A stretch of DNA of 64,000 bases from Octopus sinensis (taxonomy: Eukaryota): assembly GCF_006345805.1 (NCBI RefSeq), contig NC_043012.1, forward strand, positions 6,076,001 through 6,140,000. The letters run 5' to 3'. The notes below the pieces were generated by a model. The model had not been told where the DNA came from and made no database searches. It saw only the letters and a program-made list of their open reading frames with translations. The translations under genes were made by a program, and so were the position numbers. Of the stretch, positions 12,361 to 24,907 are shown piece by piece (the stretch's first letter is position 1; the number at the start of each line of letters is the position of its first letter).

Positions 12361-12570
12361 CAAATATTTGTAGAATTTATTTATCAAAGAAAGGTATTTT
12401 TCACCTGATTACATCACCAGGTTGACAACAAAAAGATGCCCCCCCCCCATATAACCGTAAACACACAAGCACACCTACATGAACTTAACCCATCTCCACC
12501 CAAATGATATATTTGTGTGAATGTGGTTTAAGTTTCTGTGTCGGAATTTGTTTGTTTCTGTATATACATA

Positions 12571-12627
<57 letters not shown>

Positions 12628-13182
12628 TGTGTTACGTATGTACACATATATGCAATTTATCTAATAAGTACATTGCAGCATGTTTAAATAGTGTTTTACT
12701 AATGGAAAACTCTATACCTATCTGTCCGTCAATTATCTTTGACTATGGAATCTCTGTCTGTCTCTGTCTGTTATCTATGTGTCTGTTTGTCTGTTTGTCT
12801 ATCTGTGGTATCTGTCTGTCTGTTCGTTTGTGTATATATATATATCACTCTCTCACTTTCCTTTGTCAGTGGATCATCTGCTGACTTCTTGTCTTCAAAG
12901 ACTTGTGAAATAAGAGTCCTTATTTGAAAAACAAAGCAGGGCTTAAAGGACAGGAAGGGTGACTAATTGTAAAATAAAACTTCAATAATATATTCTTCTA
13001 ATCCATGCTAGCATGGAAAAAAAATGTAAAGATGACTGAATGAACACACACACACACAGACACACACACACAGAGACACACACACACACATACACACACA
13101 CACACACACACACATGTTTTTAAAAAGCCCAAACAATGCTAGTTGAAAGAAAATACTACAAGTTGGTAGTCTGTGCTTTTAT

Positions 13183-13731
13183 TTTGTATTTGATATTTTG
13201 GTGTTAGGATCTCTTCTCCAGGAAATCTTTGGAGAATTTCTATTGTGATCTGACTTTTCTGTTCTGCAGTGAGTGGATATGGAGAGTTGCTTTGCATATG
13301 CAGGATAGCAGTATTATAGTAGCCACTCATGTGTGCAGCTTGGTTCTCTTGTTAATACCTGATCTGTTGTTTCTTATGATTATGGTTTCTTTCATCCTCA
13401 GATTCCCAATGTTTCATTCTATAACATCAATAAAAACCTGCCAATCTATCTATCACCCAAAACAGCCAAGCTTCCATTGATACCACACAATGAAATATTG
13501 GGAACCTAAGAATAAAAGAAGTCATCAGCATTGGTAAGACCAATCCACATTTTGAAAACAGAACCTAGCTACCTGCAGCAGATTGGCTGATACAGCAATG
13601 CTGTCCTCTGTATGCAAAGCAACCCTTCATAAACACCCACTACAGAACAGAAAAGTCAGATCACAACACCAAATTTCCAAATATTTCTTAAAGAAGGGGT
13701 TCCTAAACCTGAAATGTTGAAATATAAGATC
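13183..13731. repeat. Long diverged inverted repeat (~250-bp arms, ~44-nt loop), possibly two Penelope 3' fragments
   Basis: 13244-13266 is a 23/23 reverse complement of 13643-13665, and 13403-13418 matches 13489-13504 at 15/16. The two anchors are colinear about a centre at ~13454. Confidence 0.85.
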
Positions 13732-14494
13732 TGGCATGAGTGGATTTTATAGATGGAAACTGAAAGAAGCCCGAGTCTGTTAAAATGAATTGATAAACCC
13801 ACACATAACATCCAAAGGTACATCTTTTTACCTCTGGTGAAATTACACTCATGTCACATAATTGTAAATTTAATGTACAAATTTGTAATTAAATTATTAA
13901 GTATTACTTGAAACGGCTGTAAGAAGCGAAGATGACCAATTTATTAATAATAAATAATTAACTTCCTTATCTCCATTTTCTTTTCTTTTAAATGGATATA
14001 AACTATCATTCCCCCCAAAATACTAGGTATTAAACCAGAATTTCCCTATATATGTATATATATATATATGTGTGTGTGTGTATATATATATATAATATAT
14101 ATGTATATATACACACACATGCACATATATACATACACATACACATATATTCATGTATATATGTGTGCGTGTGTGTACCCTTGTCTTGTGGCATTTGTAG
14201 ATGAATATCACCATCATTCAAATGGTGTCCTTTGATTACAATATTCTGTAGAAATGTGTCTGGCCATGGGCAAATGTCACCTTACTAGGAAACATTTGAG
14301 GGCTGGCAGCTGGAAGAGCATCATCTGGCCATAGAAAAATCTGCCTCAATCTCAATGGATTATGTCTGATTCATGCAAAAGCATGGAAAAGAGAACATTA
14401 AAACAATGATGATGGTGAAGAAGACTCTCTTCCCACCCTCTCCATCCCTCTCTCTGTTTCTGTCTGTCTGTCTGCCCGTCTTTCTGTCTGTCTT

Positions 14495-14525
<31 letters not shown>

Positions 14526-15610
14526 TTCTAAGTACATACATGTTTGTTATGTCTAATATATCCCTGTAAATGCTTGAAAATACTGGTAATGTGTAATTAT
14601 GACTCTATGATTTAAAGACAGATAGCAAAAATAAGCATTAAAAAAATGGAAAATGATGACACACACACTTACACACACACTTACACACACACACACAAAC
14701 ACACACTCTCTCTTTCATCTCTGTCACATATATAAACATTCTTCTCTCTCTATCACTCTCTCTCTCTCTCTCTCTCCTCTTACTCATTCTTGTTCTTCTC
14801 GTCTCTCTACTCATTCTCTCTCTCTCTCTTTCCTTCATTCCATAGAACCAAACCATTTGTTGAATGGCACAGCATGTAAATGTCTAATTGACGGACTTTA
14901 ACAGCAAAGAGGTAAGTGACTTGAAGACTGTTTTTCTTTTTCTTGAAGGAAGGGACACAAGAATAGAGGGGAGAGGGGGAGAAGGATTACCACTTTGTTA
15001 GCATACTTGCTGTGTGTCTATGTATATATTTATATATGTGTATCTGTATATGTGTATGCATGTATATATCTAAATCTATATCTATGTGTGTGTGTGATAT
15101 ATATATAATATATTATATATATATATATATATATATGTGTGTATATATATATATGTGTGTGCTGTATATGTATATATATATGTGTGTATATGTATATATA
15201 TATTGTATATATATTATATATGTTATATATATGTATATGTATATGTATATATATGTATATGTATATATATATATATGTATTATATATATATTATATATAT
15301 ATGTGTATATATATATATATATATATGTGTATTATATAATATGTATATTATATATTGTGTATATATATGTGTATATATATATTATGTATATATATATATT
15401 ATATATATATAGATATAGTATATATCTATATATGTATCTATATATATATACTTATATATATATATGTATATGTATATATGATTGTAAAATTGGTACCTCA
15501 CGTGTGGTTCTTTGTATTTCTTACATGTCTAGTCATTATACTGAATATGAAGCACCAATACACACACACACACCGCGCATGCACATACACACACATGCAT
15601 GTGCTTTTAT

Positions 15611-15904
15611 TTTTTTTACTTGCTTCAGTCATTTGAGTGCGGCCATGCTGGAGCAGCACCTTAAAGAGCCTTTTTTTAGTTGAAGAAAAATCGACCCCAG
15701 GACTTATTCTTTGTAAGCCCAGTACTCGTTCTATTGGTCTCTTTTTCCAAAACTAATTTACAGATTGGATGTAAACACACCAACACCAGTTGTCAAGTGA
15801 TAGTGGGGGTACAAACACAGGCACAAAGACACACATAAATATATATATGTATATATATATATATATATTATATATAATATATAAATATATATAATATATA
15901 TATA

Positions 15905-15947
<43 letters not shown>

Positions 15948-15950
15948 TAC

Positions 15951-16024
<74 letters not shown>

Positions 16025-16190
16025 GTGCAATAGACTTCTTTCAGTTTCTGTCTATCAAATCCATTCACAAAGTTTTGGTCAACCTGGAGCTATAGTAGAA
16101 GACACTTGCCCAAGGTGCCGTGCAGTGGGACTGAACTCAGAACCATGTGGTTGGGAAGTAAGCTTCTTACCACACAGCCATGCCTGCACC
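15611..16190 (-). mobile_element. SINE family A, full length, with an expanded internal microsatellite
   Basis: Both the head (rc of GGCTGTGTGGTAAG at ~16165-16180) and the tail (TTACTTGCTTCAGTCATTTG at ~15616) are present. Confidence 0.85.
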
Positions 16191-16297
16191 CATACTTACA
16201 TGCATTCATACAAATATTCAGACATATTTAGCCCTTAAAGTCCCCAGATGCAATCAGTCAATCAAGAAACTGGACTGTGAATCCTTTAATCTTTCTG

Positions 16298-16590
16298 AGA
16301 TACAACAAATATCGATTCTGTTGCTCTTCCATGAAAGGCATAATACATGAAATCAGGAACTGCCCCAGAATATCATTACACCATTATTTTCTTCTATCGC
16401 AGAAAAGACTACCATGGGATAAGTGTAAATGATCTTTTCTGCTATAGAATACATAGATATGATCATAGGGAAAATAAGTGCCACATTATCATCAAAACCT
16501 CTATCAAGTGCAAGCATAACAGACCCGATATTGTTATTTGAGACGAAAATGACAATAAAAATCATGTATAGTCATAGAGGTTAGTTACCT
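16298..16590 (+). pseudogene. Decayed R2-superfamily (R4/Dong-like) non-LTR retroelement: CCHC knuckle plus restriction-like endonuclease remnant
   Basis: RYNKYRFCCSSMKGIIHEIRNCPRISLHHYF resembles the CxxC...HxxxxCP knuckle. KHNRPDIVI* and KSCIVIEVSY match the PD..E-type REL motif. Stops and frameshifts are present. Confidence 0.65.
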
Positions 16591-16603
16591 TGCATATGTA
16601 AAT

Positions 16604-16890
16604 CATCATCATCCTCATCATCATCATTATCATCATTTAACGTCCATTTTCCAAGCTGGCATGGGTTGGACGGTTTGACCAGAGTTGGCATGCTAGAGAG
16701 CTGTGCCGGGTTCTTGTCTGATTTGGTTTGATTTCTATGGCTGGATGCTCTTCCTTTACAAAGTGTGCTGGGTGCATTTTACATGGAGCCAGCGCGGGTG
16801 CTTTTATGTGGTGCCATCTTTGTTGCTATTACATGGTGCTGTCATGGGTGCTTTTTACATGGAGCCTGCATGAGTACTTTCATGTGGATA
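16604..16890 (-). mobile_element. RTE 3' tail fragment
   Basis: (ATC)n-TTTAACGTCCATTTTCCA..GCTGGCATGGGTTGGACGG. Confidence 0.75.
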
Positions 16891-17174
16891 TCTTTTCTAA
16901 ATAATGGAGAAGGAAAATATTCAAGGACAGCTGCTTTGAAACTTGCAGCTCCTCTACCCTGATTAAAAATTTATATTTATACCTGTAATTATTAGTGCAC
17001 TTAGAAATGTTAGTAAATATCTAAATGACAATCTATAAGATTGTCAGCTCGATATTTACTGACATAATCAAGAGAAAGGATTTTCAGGTTAATAGGCACT
17101 TTCTGAAGATAGTCTGTTACTGGAAAAGAAAAAAATATGCAAGATATTCCAAGGTTCATTATATAATAAGTAAC

Positions 17175-17560
17175 GTTTTTTACGTGCCGGTGGCATGTAA
17201 AAAAAACACCATTCGAGTGTGTCGCCTTATTGGCACTTGTGCTGGTGGCACGTGGAAAAAAATTTGAGCAAGGTCGTTGCCAGTGCCGCTGGACTGGCTC
17301 CTGTGCAGGTGGCACATAAAAGTCAGTACTGCCTGACTGACCCTTGTGCCAGTGGCATGTAAAAGCACCCACTACACTTTCGGAGTGGTTGGCGTTAGGA
17401 AGGGCATCCAGCTGTAGGAAACTCTGCCAGATCAGATTGGAGCCTGGTGCAGCCTTCTGGTTCGCCAGACCTCAGTCAAATCGTCCAACCCATGCCAGTA
17501 TGGAAAGTGGACGTTAAACGATGATGATGATCATGATGATCATGATGATGATCATGATCA
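17175..17560 (+). mobile_element. RTE 3' tail fragment
   Basis: GTGCCGGTGGCA modules, then GGAGTGGTTGGCGTTAGGAAGGGCATCCAGCTGTAG...GGACGTTAAACGATGATG. Confidence 0.85.
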
Positions 17561-17709
17561 TTGTTCTAATTCATATTCCAGCAATGGTGTTCCTGTTATT
17601 TTTTTTAGTAGAAACCAGTTCCCTTCTTTCTAAGAAGAATTCAAATACATTGAAGAAATAAAGAAACTTACATGCGCACACAGACACACACACACACACA
17701 CACACACAG

Positions 17710-17753
<44 letters not shown>

Positions 17754-18389
17754 AAGAGAGAGGGAGAGAGAGAGAGAGAATACAAATCCTTAATTCATAT
17801 GTTACAAATGATTGTGATATATCTGAGACAATAAAAATCTGCAAGACCTTCTTAAAATTGAAAAGGTGATGTTTAAAATGAGAAGCTTTCCTTCACAACC
17901 TTGCTGCCAAGTAGGTGACTGGTTAAATCTTTCTCTAAGTTAAAAAGAAAATGAGAACACACACACACACATACACATGTATCATGCACACACATATACA
18001 TTACATTTATACATATATACATACACGCTGGCATAAATACATATACTCACCCTCACATACACCCACGCATATAATAAAAATTGAAAACCACAATAATCAA
18101 TAGGACAATAAGTTTATGATAAGAATAATTAACTTGAAGCTTAGAGAAATGGAAAGAGTTAATTCTTCTGACATTTTGGACATTATTCATCGAATTAAAG
18201 TGTTGAGTGGAAGGAGAGGAGGAAAAGAAAGGAAAGAGTGGAGAAAGTCAGAAGTGGTGAAAAAGCCATTTGGAATTGGTTTCCATGCTGGTAATTAACT
18301 GGCCATATGTGTATCTGAATGTATAAGTGTACATGCAACGGTATAAGTAAATATGTATATTTATATGTGAATGTATATATGCTTGTGTG

Positions 18390-19170
18390 TATGTCATCAT
18401 CATCATCATCATCATTATCATCATCATCATTTAATATCTATTGTCCATGCTGGCATGGGTTGGAAGGTTTAACTGGGCTGACATGCTGGAAGACTGCACC
18501 AGACTCCAGTCTGATTTGGCATGGTTTTCTACAGCTTGATGCCCTTCCTAATGCCAACCACTCCGAGAGTGAAATGGGTGCTTTTACGTGCCACCGGCAA
18601 GGATGCCATTTGCTTGACACTGGGATGCATTTACATGCCAATTTGCATGACACCAGTATCTGCCACAACTGCAGTTTTGCTCAGCTTGGTGGGTCTTCTT
18701 CTCAAGCACAACATAATGCCAAAGGTCTTGGTCATTGCCTCCACGAGGTCCGACACTTGGAAGGAACTCAGCTACTTTGCCTCCGTGAGGCCCAATGCTC
18801 AAGAGGAAGTTAGCCACTTTGCCTCCGTCAAGCCTAACGCTTGTGAGGAACTCAGCCACCTTGCCTTCATGAGGCCCAATGTTCGAAAGAAACTCAGCCA
18901 CTTTGCCTCTGTAAGGCCCCAGTGCTTGAAAGGAACTCAGCCACTTCGCCTCCGTAAGGCCCAGCATTCAAAAGGTGTTCTTTACATGCAAGCAGCATGG
19001 GTGCACTTGGCTTGACAGGTCTTCTCAAGCACAGCACATCGCCAAAGGTTTCGGTCACCGGTCATTGCCTCTGCAAGGCTCAAAGTTTGAAGATCATGCT
19101 TCGCCACCCCATCCCATGTCTTCCTGGGTCTGTAAGTAAATATATGCAGGCATGGTTGTGTGGCTTAAGA
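18390..19170 (-). mobile_element. RTE 3' fragment containing a ~42-bp tandem repeat (about 5 units, 18765-18970)
   Basis: The tail lies at 18390-18600. The unit GAACTCAGCCACTTTGCCTCCGTGAGGCCCAATG derives from the LGLTEA-coding end of ORF2. Confidence 0.8.
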
Positions 19171-19384
19171 AGCACATTTTCCAACCACAGGGTTTTGAGT
19201 TCAATTCCACTTCACAACACTTTCTGGGCAAGTGACTTTTACAATAGCCCTGGGTTAACCAATACCTTGGGAGTGAATCTGGTAAACAAAAACTGTGTGG
19301 AAGCCCATTGTTGAATTTGTCATGTTCTTCACATTCAGTGTACGAAATCTCACCTGTTTAAAATATTCTTTTCTACTCTTGACA

Positions 19385-19580
19385 TAAGGCCCGAAATTTT
19401 TGGGGAGGGGGCCAGTTGATTAGATCGACCCTGGAATGCAACTGGTACTTAATTTATCAACCATGAAAGGATGAAAGGCAAAGTCGACTTTGGCAGAATT
19501 TGAACTCAGGACTTAAATACAAATAAAATACCGCTAAGCATTTGGCCTGGCATGCTAATGTTTCTACCAGCTCGCTGCTT
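19385..19580 (-). mobile_element. SINE family B copy
   Basis: Reverse complement of the family B unit (GGAATTTGAACTCAG, AAAGGCAAAGTCGAC). Confidence 0.75.
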
Positions 19581-19942
19581 TACCTGTTTACAATATTATT
19601 TGAGGATGGTGGTTTGTGTGTTATGATGTAATCAATGAATAAATCAATAAAATTCTACCGAAACAGTTGCTGTAAATTTGAAACACCATTTGTGTGTTTA
19701 TGTCTCTGCTTTTGTGCCTTGGCTCCACGTGACAACTGGTGTTGGCTTGTTTACATCACTATGCGTTAGCAGTTTGGCCAAAGAGACTGATAAAGTAAGT
19801 ACCAGACTTAAAAATAAGTACTGGGTGGGGTGTGGGGTGATTTGTTTGACTAAAACCTTTAAGGTGGTGCCCCAGCATGGCCACTGTCCAATGACTGTAA
19901 CAAGTAAAAGATGAAATAAGATGTATGTAAGTATGTATTTTT

Positions 19943-20330
19943 TTTTTTTACTTGTTTCAGTCATTTGACTGTGGCCATGCTGGAGCACCGCCTTTAGTCG
20001 AGCAAATCGACCCCGGGACTTATTCTTTGTAAGCCCAGTACTTATTCTATCGGTCTGTTTTGCCGAACCGCTAAGTGACGGGGACGTAAACACACCAGCA
20101 TCGGTTGTCAAGCAATGCTAGGGGGACAAACACAGACACACAAACACATACACACACATATATACAACAGTCTTCTTTCAGTTTCCGCCTACCAAATCCA
20201 CTCACAAGGCATTGGTCGGGTCGGGGCTATAGCAGAAGACACTTGCCCAAGATGCCACACAGTGGAACTGAACCTGGGACCATGTGTTTGGTTAGCAAGC
20301 TACTTACCACACAGCCACTCCTGCGCCTAT
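19943..20330 (-). mobile_element. SINE family A, full length
   Basis: Complete head-to-tail match to the other family A copies. Confidence 0.9.
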
Positions 20331-20435
20331 GTATGTATGTATGTATGTATGTATGTATGTATGTATGTATGTATGTGTATGTATGTATGTGTGTGTATGT
20401 ATGTATGTATGTATGTATGTATGTGTGTGTGTATG

Positions 20436-20466
<31 letters not shown>

Positions 20467-20545
20467 TGAGCTGGAACAAAGACCACAAGTCATTTTGTCC
20501 AATGGTCAACCAGTTTTGTCAACTCAACACCTTCTCTGACTAAAC

Positions 20546-20710
20546 CAGTGGTTCCCAACCTGTGGTCCACGGACCCCTGGTGGTTTGCAATGGTAGTAAT
20601 GGGGGCCCATGGACATGTTAAGCTGACAGACTTTTCAATATCCTGGGGTCCATGGGAAACCTCATTTAAATAAAAGGTGTCCTTGATAGTGAAATGGTTG
20701 GGAACCACTG
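20546..20710. mobile_element. hAT-superfamily MITE, 165 bp
   Basis: Perfect 15-bp TIRs CAGTGGTTCCCAACC / GGTTGGGAACCACTG and a perfect 8-bp TSD GACTAAAC (20538-20545, 20711-20718). Confidence 0.95.
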
Positions 20711-20887
20711 GACTAAACTGAAAAAAAAAAAATGAAAAACATTATATATATAACAGCAACAACAACAACAACAACAACATATTTAAGCAAGAAAGCTTTT
20801 AAAAAAAATCTCCTACTCATCAAAACAGCAAAAAAACAAAAAATGGAAAAAAAGCACAACAGTAATTAAGATACTGGAGCAAATGAT

Positions 20888-21297
20888 TTACTCTTTTACT
20901 TGTTTCAGTCATTTGACTGTGGCCATGCTGGAGCACCCCCTTTAGTCGAGCAAATTGACCCCAGGACTTATTCTTTGTAAGCCTAGTACTTGGTCTATCA
21001 GTCCCTTTTGCCAAACTGCTAAGTTACGGGGATGTAAACACACCAGCATTGGTTGCCAAACGATGTTGGGGGACAAACACAGACACACAAACATATACAC
21101 ACACATACATATATATATATATATACATATATACGACAGGCTTCTTTCAGTTTCCATCTACCAAATCCACTAACAAGGCTTTGGTTGGCCTGAGGATATA
21201 GTAGAAGACACTTGCCCAAGGTGCCACGCAGTGGGACTGAACCTGGAACCATGTAGTTGGTAAGTAAGCTACTAACCACACAGCCAATCCTACGCCT
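20888..21297 (-). mobile_element. SINE family A, full length
   Basis: Complete family A match. Confidence 0.9.
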
Positions 21298-21461
21298 AGG
21301 ATTGGCAATTATGAATATCTGATGGATCCTAATCCTACCTCTCAAAGAAAACACAAGAAAAATAGTAAGAATGTTGCAGATGGAATGGTTAGAAATGTTT
21401 TGACCAAGCATCAGCTTAGATAGGTTTGACCTGGTGCTAAATAAACAAGGAAGATGTTTAT

Positions 21462-21687
21462 CCCTTTAGCATCGAGATTACTTTGGTAAACTTAATACTT
21501 AATTTATTTGCATTATTTTAAATCATCCCTGCATTATTTATTAGCTTTGAGATTATGATAATGTTATTGTTTATTTTTAGAATGGCATTGTTGGATAAGC
21601 GTGAGAGGTCAAATCTAGCCAGTTTGAATATAATGTAAAACAAGTTGAATATTTGCACTGGATATGGCTGGTTTGAATGCTAAAGAT
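21462..21687. mobile_element. Decayed piggyBac-like (TTAA-target) MITE
   Basis: TTAT-CCCTTTAGCAT ... ATGCTAAAGAT-GTAA: imperfect TIRs, with flanks resembling TTAA. Confidence 0.45.
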
Positions 21688-21770
21688 GTAAAGAAGCCCA
21701 ACAAAATCAGAAGTAGAAATAAGAAACTGAGATAACAAAGGAAATAACTGATTATCTTATGAACTTCAAT

Positions 21771-21851
21771 AGCTTACAGCTGTTCCTGCTATAAGACTCA
21801 GTAAACCCATAGTTGAGTGCTTGCGTAACACCTTATAGCTTCATCAGAGCC
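21771..21851 (-). ncRNA. Degenerate type I hammerhead motif with a long stem II
   Basis: Minus strand: GGCT-CTGATGA-A-GCTATAAG-(36 nt)-CTTATAGC-A-GGAA-CAGCTG-TA-AGCT. Stem II is 8 bp and stem III is the palindrome ACAGCTGT, but GAAA reads GGAA. Confidence 0.5.
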
Positions 21852-22180
21852 TTGAATATCAGTTGTAAGCTAATGAAGTCCATCAGATAATCGTTTATTC
21901 CTTTGTCATCTCATTTTCTTACCACTGCTCTGTACTCGACCAATGTTTCATTCTGTAGCATACATGTATTGAGTTCTACACCAGGTGATTAGTCTCCCAA
22001 TGCCTAAGTGAAATATTGGTTTCAAATTTTGGCACAAGGCCGGCGACTTCAGGGAGGGGATTAAATCAATTACATTGACCCCTGTGCTTGCATGGTACTT
22101 ATTTCAGTGAGCCCAAAAGGACGAAAGGTAAAGTTGACCTCAGCGGAATTTGAAATCAGATTATAATAATAGATGAAATG

Positions 22181-22575
22181 GAGGAGTGGCTGTGTGGTAA
22201 GAAGCTTGCTTCCCAACCATATAGTTCCAGGTTCAGACTCACTGTGTGGCAACTTGGGCAAGTGTCTTCTACTATAGCCTTGGGTTGACCAAAGCCTTGT
22301 GAGTGGATTTGGTAGGCGGAAACTGTATGAATCCATCGTATATATATATATATGTGTGTGTGTGTATTTGCGTGACTGTGTTTGTCCCCTCCCACCATTG
22401 CTTGACAACCGATGCTGGTGTGTTTATGTCCCTGTAACTTAGCAGTTCAGCAAAAGAAACCACTAGAATAAGTACCTGGCTTACAAAGAATAGGTCCTGG
22501 AGTTAATTTGTGTGACTAAAGGCAGTACTCCAGCATGGCCACAGTCAAGTGGCTGAAACAAGTAAAGGAGTAAAG
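22181..22575 (+). mobile_element. SINE family A, full length
   Basis: Complete family A match. Confidence 0.9.
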
Positions 22576-23511
22576 CCTGGCATGCTAACAACTTGTCGCC
22601 TTGTCTAAGAGAAATATTAAAAATGGTCTATAAAAAAAAACAATAAACAAATACCATCCCTTCCTAAAAAAATAAAAAAGAAACAATGGTGGAATGGTCA
22701 TGGCTGGAAATATTTCGACCATACTCGTATATCTGTTTGGCTAGGTTTGATTTGAATCTATATAACAAGGAGGTTTTGTAAAAAAGCCTCATAAAAACCA
22801 AATGTAGAAACAGTAAAAAAAAAAGAAAAACATAATGTTCGCCACCACCAACTACTTCCTAAATCCCTTAACAATGAATAAAACAAAACTCCACAGCAAG
22901 CAGGTGATAATTAAAGGACCTGGGGTGGTCCCTAGTTCCTGTGATTCTTGTCATTTCTCACCCATACCATCTCCATTATGACACCTGAGATTTCCTGCTG
23001 TTCTAGATTTGTTTATGCAACCCCACCAACTTTTGTCTCCCTCAGAGTGGGAGTGGAATGAGAGAAAGGGGGTATGTGTGTATGTGTGTGTGTGTGTGTG
23101 GTGTGTGTGTGTGTATTGGTATACCAGTGAATGACAGAGCTGTGTGTGTGTGTGTGTGTGAAAGGAAAAAAAGATTTCCTGATTGCTTTTTGTTTTTATA
23201 TACATATGTACACACACACATTACAATAGATATATGTTTATATGTATGTATATATACATATACCTATACACACACACACACACACACACATAGTAAAGTT
23301 ATATTTTTTATCTCTCTCACCCTCTCTCTATCTATCTCTCTCTCTCTATATATGTGTGTGTGTATATATATATATATATAATATATATATATACACATAC
23401 ATACACAAATTTGTGTGTATATATAAATAATATATATAAGAAGTATAATATATATATATATGTATATATACACACACACTATATATATACATACTTACAT
23501 ATATATGTGTG

Positions 23512-23542
<31 letters not shown>

Positions 23543-23568
23543 ATATACACATATATATATATACATAC

Positions 23569-23601
<33 letters not shown>

Positions 23602-24142
23602 ATACCACACACACATATATATGTATGTATATTTATTTATGCATACATTCATACATATGTACATACATACACGTATCATCAACAACATTTAACGTTCATG
23701 CTCCATGCTGGCATGGGTTGCATGGTTTGACAGGATCTGACGGGTCCAAGGACTGCATTGTGTTCCAGTGTCTGCTTTGGCATGGCTTCTTTGGCTGGAC
23801 GTCCTTCCTAACACCAACCACTCATGTAGTGTGTACTAGGTGATTTTCTTGTGCCACCATCACTAGTGAGGTCACCATGCTGCTTGCAGGCCCACAAAAC
23901 TTGAGTAGAGTGAAAGTGTTTTTATGCTGGGTGATGAGTGTTACGGTATGAGAGAAGGGACCTTGATAGAGCAGGTTCTTGTTGTAGAAGAGCTGTATGG
24001 CTACTCACATTTAGGAGAGAGAGTGTGAAGGAATCAGGAGTACCTGGAAGGATATAAACTTAAAGTGCAAATAGAAATCGGGGACAAAGAAGTAGGAGTA
24101 CATGGAAGGGGAAAGTGACAGAGGAAATGGGAGTGGGGACAT

Positions 24143-24507
24143 AGGCGTAGGAGTGGCTGTGTGGTAAGTAGTTTGCTAATGAACCACATGGTTCTGGGTT
24201 CAGTCCCACTGTGTGGCATCTTGGGCAAGTGTCTTCTTCTATAGTCTCGGGCCGACCAAAGCCTTGTGAGTAGATTTGGTAAACGGAAACTAAAATATAT
24301 ATATATATTTATGTTTGTGTGTCTGTGTTTGTTCCCCCAACATTGCTTGACAACCAATGCTGGTGTGTTTACGTCCCGTAACTTAGTGTTCGGCAAAAGA
24401 GATCGATAGAATAAGTACCAGGCTTACAAAGAATAAGTTCTGGGGTCGATTTGCTCGACTAAAGGCGGTGCTCCAGCATGGCCACAGTCAAATGACTGAA
24501 ACAAGTA
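24143..24507 (+). mobile_element. SINE family A, near full length
   Basis: GGCGTAGGAGTGGCTGTGTGGTAAG head through TGACTGAAACAAGTA. Confidence 0.9.
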
Positions 24508-24668
24508 GGGTTGAGGAATAGATGGAGAGAATGATGGATATGGGAGGTAGGTGGAAGATGGTCTGTGATGCATGAGTTGGGGTGGAGGCAGCAAGCAACA
24601 GAACATTAATATATATGCATATACCTGTATATATATATGATGTGTATGTGTGTGGTGTATGTATAAAT

Positions 24669-24869
24669 GTGACCTTGTGTGTACCATTGGCGATTTTTTT
24701 TCCTCTGTCTTCCCTTCTCTGGATCTTTCCTTCTCCTATGTTTCCGACGAAGAGCTCCGCTCGAAACGTTAGACCCTCCTTCTTCCCTTCTTTCCTGAGC
24801 ATCCAATAATACTATATTTGTTCCACGTCTTCGCGTTGTTGTGTTTTTTTGTGTTTTCTTGTTTGGAAT

Positions 24870-24874
<5 letters not shown>
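24669..24874 (+). mobile_element. ~200-bp HHR-bearing element, copy 2 (HHR at 24740-24774)
   Basis: GTTT-CCGACGA-A-GAGC-TCC-GCTC-GAAA-CGT-T-AGAC. U4 of the core is replaced by C. Confidence 0.8.
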
Positions 24875-24907
<33 letters not shown>

